The position numbers and the translations under genes are program-made. DNA of 64,000 bases from an uncultured Bifidobacteriaceae bacterium (lineage in GTDB: Bacteria > Verrucomicrobiota > Verrucomicrobiia > Limisphaerales > UBA11358), in assembly GCA_964413165.1 (NCBI GenBank), contig CAYPSF010000002.1, positions 7,324 to 71,323 of the forward strand, read 5' to 3'. Positions 28,285-37,593 of the stretch are shown here, in pieces (position 1 is the first letter of the stretch; each line of letters starts with the position of its first letter). Under the pieces are notes generated by a model, which did no database searches, was not told the DNA's origin, and worked only from the letters and a program-made list of their open reading frames with translations.

Positions 28285-29685
28285 TCAGACGACCGGCATC
28301 TCTGTGCCGCCGTCCGGGCGCTCGTGGGTGACCAACTTGCGTATCTGTTCGTTGTAGTACTTGTCGGTGATGAAATATTTGTACATCAAGAGCCCCATGA
28401 TGAGGTGGAAGACGCCGGGAATGACCGTGAGCAGCAGCGCCAGGCCGTTCAGGGTGAACGCGCTCTGCACCTGGTCCACTCCGTCCACCGGGGCTTGGTA
28501 ATGGAAGAAGACCAGCATCCAGCCGACCATTCCAGCAGCCAGGCTCATGCCCATCTTCTGGGCAAAGGAAATGCCGCCGAACGCCATGCCGGCGACGCGC
28601 TTGCCGCTCCTGACCTGACCATAGTCCACCGCCTCCGAAATGATCGACCAGAACACCGGCCCTTGCAGGTCCACGATGAAGTTGATGAGGAAGAACAGGA
28701 CGAAAGCCATCGCAATGTCACCGGGCTTCACCACCAGGTACATGGTCACACTCAACGCAAAGGTGAGCAGTTGGGACCAACGAAAAAGTTGAATCTTGCA
28801 GAACTTCTTTGTGATCCACGTGGAAGCGACCATGGCGAGGATGTTGCCGACGATGCCGACGGTGCCGAATGCGGACAGCATCTTCGCTCCGCCGCCGAGG
28901 TAATATTTTGCGTAGTGAAATGTCACCGAGCCGCGGAGCACGTAACCGATCGTACCAATCACGCAAACCCAGGCCAGAACCATCCACTGGCTGTTCTGGG
29001 TGAGCAGGACAATCTGGTCCCATACCGGCTTCCGGTCATTCTTATGCACCACCCGTTCGGTCGTCGTGAAGAAACAGAAGATGAACAGCAGCGTGGCCAC
29101 GACCGCCATCACCGCCATCGCAATCTGGTAGCCCTTCGCGAGGTGCGCCTGCCCCCATTTGTCCGCATAGCTGGCCGCAAAGATCGGAACAAAAATATTG
29201 ACCCCCAGCGAGGCGCCCTTGGCGAAGAACAGCCGGTATCCGTTGGCCGAAAGCCGCTCCTGCGGGTCGGCGGTCAGCACGCCGGGCAGGGAGATGTACG
29301 GGATCACGATGGCGGTGAACACGAGCATCATCAGGATATACGTCGCGTAGGCCCAGATGAGTTTGCCGTTGTACGACAGATCCGGCGTCGTGAACACCAG
29401 CATGATCGAGATCCCAAACGGAACGGCGAAGACGAGGAAATACGGGCGGTAGCGGCCCCAGCGCGTGGTATGGCTGTCCGTGTACATGCCCATCAAGACA
29501 TCGGCAAACGCATCAATCAGCCGGGGAAGAAGCCCCAACAACGCGATGTGCTCGACTTTCAGCATGAACACGTCGGTGTAGAAAAATGTGATGATGATCG
29601 CCAATGCCGACCAGACGACGTTCACGGCCGCGTCACCGCCGCCGAACCCGATTTTTTCAAGGACTGTAAGTCTGGGAGTTTTCAT
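28285..29685 (-). CDS. GPH-family glycoside-pentoside-hexuronide:cation symporter
   Basis: About 12 predicted TM helices. The N-terminal LEKIGFGGGDAAVNVVW...YTD and DAFADVLMGMYTDSHTTRWGRYRPY motifs are typical of MelB/XynT-like GPH transporters. Confidence 0.85.
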   Translation of the reverse strand: MKTPRLTVLEKIGFGGGDAAVNVVWSALAIIITFFYTDVFMLKVEHIALLGLLPRLIDAFADVLMGMYTDSHTTRWGRYRPYFLVFAVPFGISIMLVFTTPDLSYNGKLIWAYATYILMMLVFTAIVIPYISLPGVLTADPQERLSANGYRLFFAKGASLGVNIFVPIFAASYADKWGQAHLAKGYQIAMAVMAVVATLLFIFCFFTTTERVVHKNDRKPVWDQIVLLTQNSQWMVLAWVCVIGTIGYVLRGSVTFHYAKYYLGGGAKMLSAFGTVGIVGNILAMVASTWITKKFCKIQLFRWSQLLTFALSVTMYLVVKPGDIAMAFVLFFLINFIVDLQGPVFWSIISEAVDYGQVRSGKRVAGMAFGGISFAQKMGMSLAAGMVGWMLVFFHYQAPVDGVDQVQSAFTLNGLALLLTVIPGVFHLIMGLLMYKYFITDKYYNEQIRKLVTHERPDGGTEMPVV

Positions 29686-29773
29686 TATTATATTCTACGA
29701 TTGATCGGAGGCAGCTCGGTTCCGGGTTTTAGATCATGCCGGAGGAAACGCGGCGATCCGGTCGGGAAATGGT

Positions 29774-30913
29774 TTACTTCACCAGAACGCTTTTGTAGTC
29801 GTCGAGAACCTTTTCATCAATGACCGGCCACTGTTTTTCATCCCATTTGATTTCGGCGATCTTCAATTTTTGCAGACCGTTATCCGCGGTTTCATAAGCG
29901 TGAAAAACGAGGTAATCTTTGCCGTCAAAGGTATACGCGCTGCACCCCCCCATCCCGGCCCAGGCGGTGTTGCCAGCCAGCACCAGGCTCCCGCCACCCG
30001 CGGCCAGGCTCCTGCCCTCCTTGTCCCAGTATGTGCCGTTCAGGTCTTTGGACCGCCCGACCATCATTTTGTAAGTACTGTCCTTGCCGCGGCAGCACAG
30101 GCCCCAGGAAACAAACAAATAATAGTAATCACCCTTTTTGAAAATAAAGGGTCCTTCGACCTCGGCCGGACCCGGGACTTTGTCATCAACGAATATCGAA
30201 CGCTCTCTTTTGGCCAGGGGGTACCATTCCTGCGGTTCGGCCACGGCTTTCCAGCTGGAGTCCAGCTTGACCAGCTTGAGGCCCGACCAAAAGGAACCAA
30301 AGCTCATCCAGGGCGTGCCACTTTCATCCACGATGACATTCGGATCGATGGCATTCCAAAGATCGCGGCCGGGTATTGAGCGCAGCACAATGCCCTGGTC
30401 TTCCCACTTATAGTCGGGCGAATCAGGATTGAGCGTTTTATTGATGGTCAAACCGATGGCCGAGCTGTTTTGGGCCGGTGAGGACACGGCATAATACAAA
30501 TAGTATTTGCCGTCATGCTGAATAATATCGGGCGCCCAAATATGGCCGTTGAAACGGCTGGCCACTCCCCTCGCCCAGGACGGATCGCCCGGGAACACGC
30601 GCCCCCCCAACTTCCAATTGATCATGTCCTTGGAACTGTAAAAGGTGATTCCCGGCCCGGAACTGAAGAGGTAGTAGGTATCGCCCTCCTTGGCCATGGC
30701 CGGGTCATGGATATCCACCTGTCTTCCCTGGGCGGCCAACAGACCCCCGACGATGAGCAATCCCAAAGCCGAACGGAATTTGCTTTTCGACCCGCCGCGG
30801 GCAAGGGAAAACCGGATGGTGGTTGCCCCGCTTAAAACTGTCTGGGCGATGAGGGTGGCCAGCAAATATTTGAGGCCCGTAAAACCGGAGGTGTCTCTTT
30901 TTACCGTATTCAT
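29774..30913 (-). CDS. GH43 endo-alpha-1,5-L-arabinanase-like, secreted/anchored
   Basis: DIHDPAMAKEGDTYYLFSSG, IWAPDIIQHDGKYYLYY and SAIGL blocks. Start taken at ATG 30913 (MNTVKRD...). Confidence 0.85.
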   Translation of the reverse strand: MNTVKRDTSGFTGLKYLLATLIAQTVLSGATTIRFSLARGGSKSKFRSALGLLIVGGLLAAQGRQVDIHDPAMAKEGDTYYLFSSGPGITFYSSKDMINWKLGGRVFPGDPSWARGVASRFNGHIWAPDIIQHDGKYYLYYAVSSPAQNSSAIGLTINKTLNPDSPDYKWEDQGIVLRSIPGRDLWNAIDPNVIVDESGTPWMSFGSFWSGLKLVKLDSSWKAVAEPQEWYPLAKRERSIFVDDKVPGPAEVEGPFIFKKGDYYYLFVSWGLCCRGKDSTYKMMVGRSKDLNGTYWDKEGRSLAAGGGSLVLAGNTAWAGMGGCSAYTFDGKDYLVFHAYETADNGLQKLKIAEIKWDEKQWPVIDEKVLDDYKSVLVK

Positions 30914-30998
30914 GTCGGCGATGTTATGTTGAACGACGGTCACAATGCCAGACTGTAGCGAGCGCCCGCTAAAACCGTTGCCACCCGATGAAAATATT

Positions 30999-31022
30999 GG
31001 GGGCGGGAACTTTCCCGCCCCC
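30999..31022 (-). terminator. Rho-independent terminator candidate after the 31073-33016 gene
   Basis: GGGGGCGGGA-ACTT-TCCCGCCCCC, a 10-bp GC stem. On the minus strand it is followed by AATATTTTCA. It lies 50 nt past the stop. Confidence 0.55.
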
Positions 31023-31072
31023 AAGTCTATTCAATCCCATGCTGGATGGGGTCAAGCCTGCCCAATGTGTTC

Positions 31073-33016
31073 TTACAAACCAATCCGATAGAATCGGGTA
31101 CCGGATGTTGGCATGGGAATCACATAAGGACTGGTGCCCGATACGTTGGTCCAGCCGGCCGGATTATTCAGGCTGGTGTTCGATTGCAAACTGGCACCGG
31201 CAACATTCCAGGTCAGCGTCAGGTTGCCGCCACCGATGGCGCTTTTTACCTTGGGACTGTCAAAAACCCTGGCCTGGAAACTATCCACTGCAATGGTCTT
31301 GTGGACGTTGTTCACCACGTCCTCGGCGAACACTCCCGCAAACATGGTCGGCGAGCCGTTGATCCACGTCGGTTGGGTGAGGACATCCCATGGAACTCCG
31401 TCGATGTAGTAGTGCCACACGCCGGCGGTGCGACTGATGACGACGTTCATGGGGATGGCGCTGTTGAAACCAAAGCCGAAATATTGGCCGCCGTTGTTGA
31501 ACGGCACGCCCGCCCCGTTGGTTTGCACGTTTTCCGAGTAACGTTCCTTGCCGGCGAAAGTGATGCTGCCGGCGCGGGTATGCTGCAGTGAGCTCGGTCC
31601 CACGATGATGCCAAACTGGTCGAAACTGGCCGTGGGCGGGAACGGTTGCGGGAAGAGCGCGGTTACCTGCAAATCTTCCGGGCCGGTGAATCCAAGGGTC
31701 CCCAATTCCACGCCCAGGTTCTCGTTTACGTTCAAGGCATTTCCGCCATTGTAATCGCTGCTGGTGGTGGTGATGTTCAGCAAACCATTGACAGTATCCA
31801 GGACCAGATTGGTATCGCTCGCCAGCAATGAGGTGCCAGTCCCGGACAACCGGCTCGGGAAGCCGGTTCCCACACCATTACTGTCCTGGATGCCACCGGC
31901 CGCCGAACTGAAATTCAACGCGAGGCTGCCCTTGGGCTGGATGACATAAAGCGGGGCGACGCTGCTGGTGATGCTGCCGAGAGAATTGGTAATGACCACG
32001 GTATAATTGCCGGGAATGGTCACGTCCGATATGGCCAGGGTGCCATTGGTTGCACCGGTGATCGGGATGTTATTGGTGCACCACTGGTAAGAAACGGGCG
32101 ATTTGGTGCTGTCGGAGACAGTAACAGAGAACGATGCGGGATTGTCCAGATCAATGATTTGTTTTTGCGGCTGAACCGCAATGCTGGGAGGAGAATTCCC
32201 GGAAACGCTTAGGGAAAAAGATTTCAAGTCGGCGGTCCACGGACTGTCATTAAACACGTCCTGGGCTACAACTCCCACAAACAGGTCGGAGGCGGCATCC
32301 AAGCCAATTACCGTGGGCGGTTCCGGTGTTCCCGTTCCATCAATGGCTGAATTGGGCATGCGGTCCAGACCGTTGACCGTCACGCTCCACACCCCGCCGA
32401 TCCGTTTGATTTGAACGGTCATTCCGGTCCCCACATCCAATCCGAAAAAGCGCGGAAAGGCATCCGAGCCCCCGGACGTCAATACTCCAAAACCTTCATT
32501 GTCCCGCACCGCATTGGTATTAATCGCGTCAAAGTTGATAAAACCGGCCCGCACCATGTTGGCCGGATCGGTGCCCACGACCAGGCAAAGCTGGTCCGGT
32601 TGCAACACCAAATCCGTGTTGGTGTTCCCCGGCAACTTGTCGGCGGGAATATTGGTAAAAACGGCAGTGGCAGTAAAATCGTTGCCCCCGGTAAAACCGA
32701 GGGATGACAGATTGAAACCGACAACCGTGGCTGAACCCAGCGCCACCTGGCCATTGAAATCCGCGCCAGGCGAAGTGTGCATGTGCAGGAGGCCTGCCCC
32801 CGTACTCAGCAGCAGATTGGTGTCGTTGCCCGTAATATCCGCGCCCGTGCCCGGCATGCGCAGACTGAACCCCGTCCCGACCCCGTTGGTGTCGAGGACT
32901 GTTCCTCCCGCGGAAGTAAAATTCAGCGTGAGGGATGATGCCTGCACTGAGGCAGGAATTAAAAAGCCGGCCAGCATCAGGCCCAGCCCGGCGATTCGCA
33001 TTTTTTTGTTTTTCAT
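31073..33016 (-). CDS. Secreted protein of unknown function: two copies of a ~240-aa beta-sandwich (ConA/LamG-like) domain flanking an Ig-like domain, with an FYRL-type end
   Basis: Signal peptide MKNKKMRIAGLGLMLAGFLIPASVQA. Internal duplication: SLTLNFTSAGGTVLDTNGVGTGFSLRMPGTG... versus SLALNFSSAAGGIQDSNGVGTGFPSRLSGTG.... The Ig I-set-like segment is PPSIAVQPQKQ...YTVVITNSLGS. Ends in ...LTLTWN...TRFYRIGL. Confidence 0.7.
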   Translation of the reverse strand: MKNKKMRIAGLGLMLAGFLIPASVQASSLTLNFTSAGGTVLDTNGVGTGFSLRMPGTGADITGNDTNLLLSTGAGLLHMHTSPGADFNGQVALGSATVVGFNLSSLGFTGGNDFTATAVFTNIPADKLPGNTNTDLVLQPDQLCLVVGTDPANMVRAGFINFDAINTNAVRDNEGFGVLTSGGSDAFPRFFGLDVGTGMTVQIKRIGGVWSVTVNGLDRMPNSAIDGTGTPEPPTVIGLDAASDLFVGVVAQDVFNDSPWTADLKSFSLSVSGNSPPSIAVQPQKQIIDLDNPASFSVTVSDSTKSPVSYQWCTNNIPITGATNGTLAISDVTIPGNYTVVITNSLGSITSSVAPLYVIQPKGSLALNFSSAAGGIQDSNGVGTGFPSRLSGTGTSLLASDTNLVLDTVNGLLNITTTSSDYNGGNALNVNENLGVELGTLGFTGPEDLQVTALFPQPFPPTASFDQFGIIVGPSSLQHTRAGSITFAGKERYSENVQTNGAGVPFNNGGQYFGFGFNSAIPMNVVISRTAGVWHYYIDGVPWDVLTQPTWINGSPTMFAGVFAEDVVNNVHKTIAVDSFQARVFDSPKVKSAIGGGNLTLTWNVAGASLQSNTSLNNPAGWTNVSGTSPYVIPMPTSGTRFYRIGL

Positions 33017-33067
33017 AGGTTGGAGGTTGGATTTGGGTTTTCTAATTTTTGGAACCGAGCAGAAGCG

Positions 33068-33886
33068 TCACCACCAGAAATACACTCCGGCGATGTTTTG
33101 GGAGCGAATGATGATGTCGGGGTCAGACACATTGATCCGGTGCCATTCAACATGATTATCGAGAAAGGCCACATTATTGCCCACCGGCAGGCCCCAACTA
33201 AGATGGGGCGTTTGATGGAGTTCACTAAAAGCGCCTTTAACCGTAGTCCAATTGTCAGAACTGAGATTGGCATTGTTCTGCACCGAAATGACGGCACAGG
33301 TAAGCAAAACACGGTCGGACGGTGGCGGCGCCTGTGCGGTGCCACCCAGGTTGTCGATCCGGATTTTCGTCTGGATGAAACTGAAATTGAAATTGGAAAT
33401 AATAAGGTGGGACCCGATGCTGGCGTAATTGGCAATATCGGGAAAAGTGGCGGCATAACCGGTGACCCGGACGGCCGGGTTGTTTGTGAAATACCATAAT
33501 TCGTCGGTGTCCTGATCGGTGAACATCGGGTCGTACATGATGTGCCGTTGCGCACCATTATCGGTCAGCATGTCCGCTGTCTTGATAGGTATATCCCAAA
33601 GCCAGTTCGCCGGGGTAAAAGTGGTGGGCGGGTTATAGTTATTGGGAAGATTGTCCGCGGCATCGTTGGCATACATCCGCAAGGAGGTCGCGTATTGCCG
33701 CTGGTTGCTGGCATCCTGAATACGCTTGGCCTTGTCTTTGGCTTTGGCCAGTGCCGGCAACAGGATCGCCGCCAGAATGGCAATGATGGCAATCACCACC
33801 AGCAATTCAATCAAGGTGAACGCCCCGGCGCGACGTTGGCGCACAAGCGAAAACCCGGGCAGGCGATTCTGGGGATTGAAAATCAT
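33068..33886 (-). CDS. Prepilin-type N-terminal cleavage/methylation protein of the DUF1559 / H-X9-DG-like family
   Basis: [30 protein letters not shown] class-III signal. C-terminal variant motif [13 protein letters not shown]. An alternative start lies at 33910. Confidence 0.8.
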   Translation of the reverse strand: MIFNPQNRLPGFSLVRQRRAGAFTLIELLVVIAIIAILAAILLPALAKAKDKAKRIQDASNQRQYATSLRMYANDAADNLPNNYNPPTTFTPANWLWDIPIKTADMLTDNGAQRHIMYDPMFTDQDTDELWYFTNNPAVRVTGYAATFPDIANYASIGSHLIISNFNFSFIQTKIRIDNLGGTAQAPPPSDRVLLTCAVISVQNNANLSSDNWTTVKGAFSELHQTPHLSWGLPVGNNVAFLDNHVEWHRINVSDPDIIIRSQNIAGVYFWW

Positions 33887-33937
33887 TTTGTTATACACTG
33901 GATTATACACTGGATTAAATTATAAACTGGATTAATT

Positions 33938-35179
33938 TCACTTTAGCCCCGCGGCGGCCGCGGGAACAACGCCACTTCGCGGAAAAGAATCGCCATTTTG
34001 CGAACGCCACAATGATGCGCCTGGCCGGCCATGGGCCTTGCGATAGGCGACCGGGCTGAGGTGTTTGTCGGCCTGAAAGTAACGGGCGATATGCTGGGTA
34101 TCCGGGAACCCCAGCAGGTCGGCGATTTTCGCGACCGGCAAATTCGTCTCCACCAGCAATCGCGCAATCTGATCGGTCCGCAGCCGGCGAACTTCTTCCA
34201 AAATGGAACGTCCCAGCTGTTTGCGAAATCGCTTCTCCAGCGCGCGCCGGGACAGGCCGACGGACAGGGCGATTTCATCCACGGAAACTCCGCGGCGCGC
34301 GTGATCACGGATAAATCGCAGCGCCTTGGCCAGATGCGGCTCTTCGGCCGCCACGAAATCCGTTGAGCGGCGCGCCACCACGTGTGAAGCCACGGCGGTG
34401 ATCCGGTCGGGAACGACCCGGGCACCCTGCATCAGACCATCCAGCGCGGACGCCGCTTCATAACCAGCCCGCTCGAAATTGATGGCAATGCTGGACATCG
34501 GAGGATTGGTCAAGCCACAGACGACTTCATCGTTGTCGGCGCCGATGATGCCAACCATGTCCGGCACGGTCAGTCCGGCCAGTTTGCAGACTTCCATCAC
34601 GCGTTGCGCACAATCGTCATTGCAGGCCATCAAGCCGGCCGGTTTGGGGAGCGAATCCAGCCAGCGGGCCAGCAAACGCCATTCCTTGGACCAATCCTTG
34701 GCCAGCGCGGACAAGGTGTAAACCGGCGGGCTTTCAAAGCCGGCTTCCTGGATCCGTTTACAGAAAAATTCCCGGCGAATCTCCGCCCAGGTGGTGTTTT
34801 CATACGGGGTCTTCCGATAACTGCAAAAAGCGAAATGCTTGAAACCGCAGCCCAACAGATGGTCCGCCCCCAGGCGCCCGATGGTCTCCGAATCGGTCAC
34901 CACATTGACCAGGCCGGGGATTTCCGTTTTCCGATGCCCGACCACCACGGTGGGCAGTCCATAGGCCATGATTTCCTCCGCCCCCGCCACATCCCGGAGA
35001 ATAATCCCGTCGGCTTCTCCGGTTTCGAGCAGAGGTTGAACCTTCTCCAGGCCCGCCGGTTCCCAGGAAAACGACCAAGGACCGTGATGGTGCGAATAGT
35101 CAGCTATCCCCCGGAGCAATGCACGCCCTGAAACACGCGAAGATTCAATCAAAAGGATGACTTTGGGGACTCGTAACAT
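33938..35179 (-). CDS. XylR-type hybrid regulator (periplasmic-binding-protein-like sugar sensor plus AraC-family HTH)
   Basis: N-terminal LacI/PBP-like fold (VILLIESSRVSGRALLRGIADY..., GIIGADND). C-terminal AraC HTH (VDEIALSVGLSRRALEKRF...FPDTQHIARYF). Start at ATG 35179. Confidence 0.8.
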   Translation of the reverse strand: MLRVPKVILLIESSRVSGRALLRGIADYSHHHGPWSFSWEPAGLEKVQPLLETGEADGIILRDVAGAEEIMAYGLPTVVVGHRKTEIPGLVNVVTDSETIGRLGADHLLGCGFKHFAFCSYRKTPYENTTWAEIRREFFCKRIQEAGFESPPVYTLSALAKDWSKEWRLLARWLDSLPKPAGLMACNDDCAQRVMEVCKLAGLTVPDMVGIIGADNDEVVCGLTNPPMSSIAINFERAGYEAASALDGLMQGARVVPDRITAVASHVVARRSTDFVAAEEPHLAKALRFIRDHARRGVSVDEIALSVGLSRRALEKRFRKQLGRSILEEVRRLRTDQIARLLVETNLPVAKIADLLGFPDTQHIARYFQADKHLSPVAYRKAHGRPGASLWRSQNGDSFPRSGVVPAAAAGLK

Positions 35180-35354
35180 GTAATAATCCGGTACAACAAC
35201 AAGCCACAGCAACGGGGTTCATCCCCGTGGCTGGACGGCATTGTTCATGGCTTATACTATCACATGCGCCATCGGATGGCTGAACCCGACAGGGAATTTT
35301 GCACTTTATTGAAAATACGGTAAAAATGCAGCAATCAGGGGGAGGGGGAGGCGG

Positions 35355-37589
35355 TCATGGACCGTCGATCAGCCCGGTCGCTTCGCGCAGCAGAACCTGT
35401 GCAAAGAGCCAGTCGAACCAGAAACCCTGCACGCCGGTCCCCCGTTCCAAGCCTCCTTGCAACCTGTTTTCGATGATTTTACGGGCTTGATCCAGTTCGG
35501 AGCGGGCTTCGTCGGATTGTCCAAGTTGGTGGCAGGCCATGGCCAGGATAACCCGGGCGGTTGCCGTCCGCGGTGCGTTGTATTCCGAGTAAGCCAGACA
35601 ACGCCGGCACCAGCCAGCCGCCTCGGAGTAATTTCCCCGCCGATACTCCATCAAGGCCAGGGAAACTGACCGCCAGGCGGCGAGAAAAACGTCGCTGTCG
35701 ACATTGATGTTCGTGGCAAATGATTTTGCCGCTGCCGCCGCCAGGGGATCCAATGCCTTCAGAATCTTTTCATCCGCCGGCAGGAGCAGGCTGATTTTGA
35801 TGATGCGGTCCGCAAACGGGTATGCGGCGTCGGCAACGCGAGCCACGGCAGCTTGACGGAAGCGCTCATAGCCGGCGGTGTCGCCCAGTTCGATCAGCAC
35901 GGGACCGCACTCCAGATAATCCAGGGTGGAAATATCCCAGCCATCCAGCCGGTCGATTTGCAGGAGAACGGTAAAACGGTCAACCGCCAGCTGCCACTGG
36001 TTTTGCAGGGCATACCACTCGCCGAGCGAACGAAGCACGGCCGCGCCTTCCACCGTCGGCTCGGTAAGGGAAATCTCATTCATCAATTGGTCAGCTTCTT
36101 CAAATTTCTCCTGGATCACCAGCAGCCGGGCCTGCGTGATTTTCTCCCGGGTTTCGGCCTGGCGCCGCAATTCCGCTTCGTTGGCGCGGGCCTGTTCCGC
36201 TTCCTGACGCAAACGGGCCTGTTGTTGTTCGGCAGCGACCGCCCGTTGCCGGGCCACTTTTTCTTCGACGAAAAGCCAGGTCGAAGTCCCCAGGCCGATG
36301 ATGAGTGCGACCGCCACGGCTGCCCCGGCGGCAAAAACGACCTTGTTCCGGCGAACCAGTTTCTGGAACCGGTAAAACCGGCTGGGCGGACGGGCGACGA
36401 CCGGTTCATTGTTGAGATAGCGGTTGATGTCCATGGCCAGGCCGTTGGCGGTTTCGTAACGGCGCCGGCGGTCCTTTTCCAGCGCTTTCATCACAATCCA
36501 ATCCAGGTCCCCCCGCAACATTGAAATCAATTTAGGCGGTTCCGCGTGACGATGTTCGGCCGTCTTGGTGAGTTCCTGGCCCTGCAACGTGGTGAGCATG
36601 GTCGAAGGCCGCTGCGGTTCCCGTTCCCGCAACGTTCGCCGCATTTCATCCAAACCACGCGAGACCAGTTCCTTGGGATCAAACGGGGTCCGGCTCGTGA
36701 GCAATTCGTAAAGCAGCACTCCCAGGCTGTAAATGTCACTGCGCGTGTCAATGTCCAGACCGCTCATCTCCGCCTGTTCGGGACTCATGTAAGCCGGCGT
36801 GCCGATGATCTGTTCATAGGCCGTGAAGAAGGTTTTGTCCGTCAGCTGCACCTCGGTGGCCTTGGCAATGCCGAAGTCAATCACCTTGGGCACTGGCACG
36901 CCATCGTGCAAGGTGACCAGGATGTTCGACGGTTTGATGTCCCGATGAATGATGCCCTTTTGGTGGGCATGCTGGATGGCCTGGCAAATTTGAATGAACA
37001 AATCGAGCCGTCCGCGGGTGTCGAGCTGGTTCTGATCGCAGTAATCGGTGATTTTGACGCCGCGCACCAGTTCCATGACGAAATAGGGCCGGCCGGTTTC
37101 CGTCGCGCCCGCGTCGAGCACCCGGGCGATGTTGGGATGATCCATCATCGCCAGCGCCTGCCGTTCAGCCTCGAACCGGCCGATGACGCTTTTGGTGTCC
37201 ATGCCCAGTTTGATGATCTTGAGGGCCACGCGACGGCGGACTGGCTCTTCCTGCTCCGCCATATAGACCACCCCGCCCCCGCCTTCACCTATGCGCTGCA
37301 ACAATTTATAACGGTCGATGCGTGTGCCGGGAACCTCGGTCAGCACGGATTTGCCGGCAGCCATACCGTCGGCGGACTCCGAATCATCGAGTGACGCGGT
37401 TGCCAATGGCGCAATCTCGTCGAAAAATTTGTCCGCCTCCGTTTGGGCTGACAATAATTCCTCTACCTGGCCACGCACTTTGGGATCACCGGCACAGGCT
37501 TGATCGAGAAATGCCTGGCGGGCTACCGGGCTGGTCAGGTTCCGGGCGGCCTCAAACAATGTCTCCACCTGCTGTTTCGTGTCGGTCAT
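35355..37589 (-). CDS. Membrane Ser/Thr protein kinase with coiled-coil and TPR-like C-terminal region
   Basis: Hanks kinase blocks GEGGGGVVY, VALKIIK, HRDIKPSNIL, DFGIAK and GTPAYMSPEQ. One TM helix (VVFAAGAAVAVALIIGLG). Start at ATG 37589, 4 nt after the sigma-factor stop. Confidence 0.85.
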   Translation of the reverse strand: MTDTKQQVETLFEAARNLTSPVARQAFLDQACAGDPKVRGQVEELLSAQTEADKFFDEIAPLATASLDDSESADGMAAGKSVLTEVPGTRIDRYKLLQRIGEGGGGVVYMAEQEEPVRRRVALKIIKLGMDTKSVIGRFEAERQALAMMDHPNIARVLDAGATETGRPYFVMELVRGVKITDYCDQNQLDTRGRLDLFIQICQAIQHAHQKGIIHRDIKPSNILVTLHDGVPVPKVIDFGIAKATEVQLTDKTFFTAYEQIIGTPAYMSPEQAEMSGLDIDTRSDIYSLGVLLYELLTSRTPFDPKELVSRGLDEMRRTLREREPQRPSTMLTTLQGQELTKTAEHRHAEPPKLISMLRGDLDWIVMKALEKDRRRRYETANGLAMDINRYLNNEPVVARPPSRFYRFQKLVRRNKVVFAAGAAVAVALIIGLGTSTWLFVEEKVARQRAVAAEQQQARLRQEAEQARANEAELRRQAETREKITQARLLVIQEKFEEADQLMNEISLTEPTVEGAAVLRSLGEWYALQNQWQLAVDRFTVLLQIDRLDGWDISTLDYLECGPVLIELGDTAGYERFRQAAVARVADAAYPFADRIIKISLLLPADEKILKALDPLAAAAAKSFATNINVDSDVFLAAWRSVSLALMEYRRGNYSEAAGWCRRCLAYSEYNAPRTATARVILAMACHQLGQSDEARSELDQARKIIENRLQGGLERGTGVQGFWFDWLFAQVLLREATGLIDGP

Positions 37590-37593
37590 GGTT

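Noticed and set aside
35339-35354. G-rich tract CAGGGGGAGGGGGAGGCGG next to the kinase stop as a G-quadruplex
   Set aside because: It has only two long G-runs plus two GG doublets. That is not enough for a confident intramolecular G4 call.
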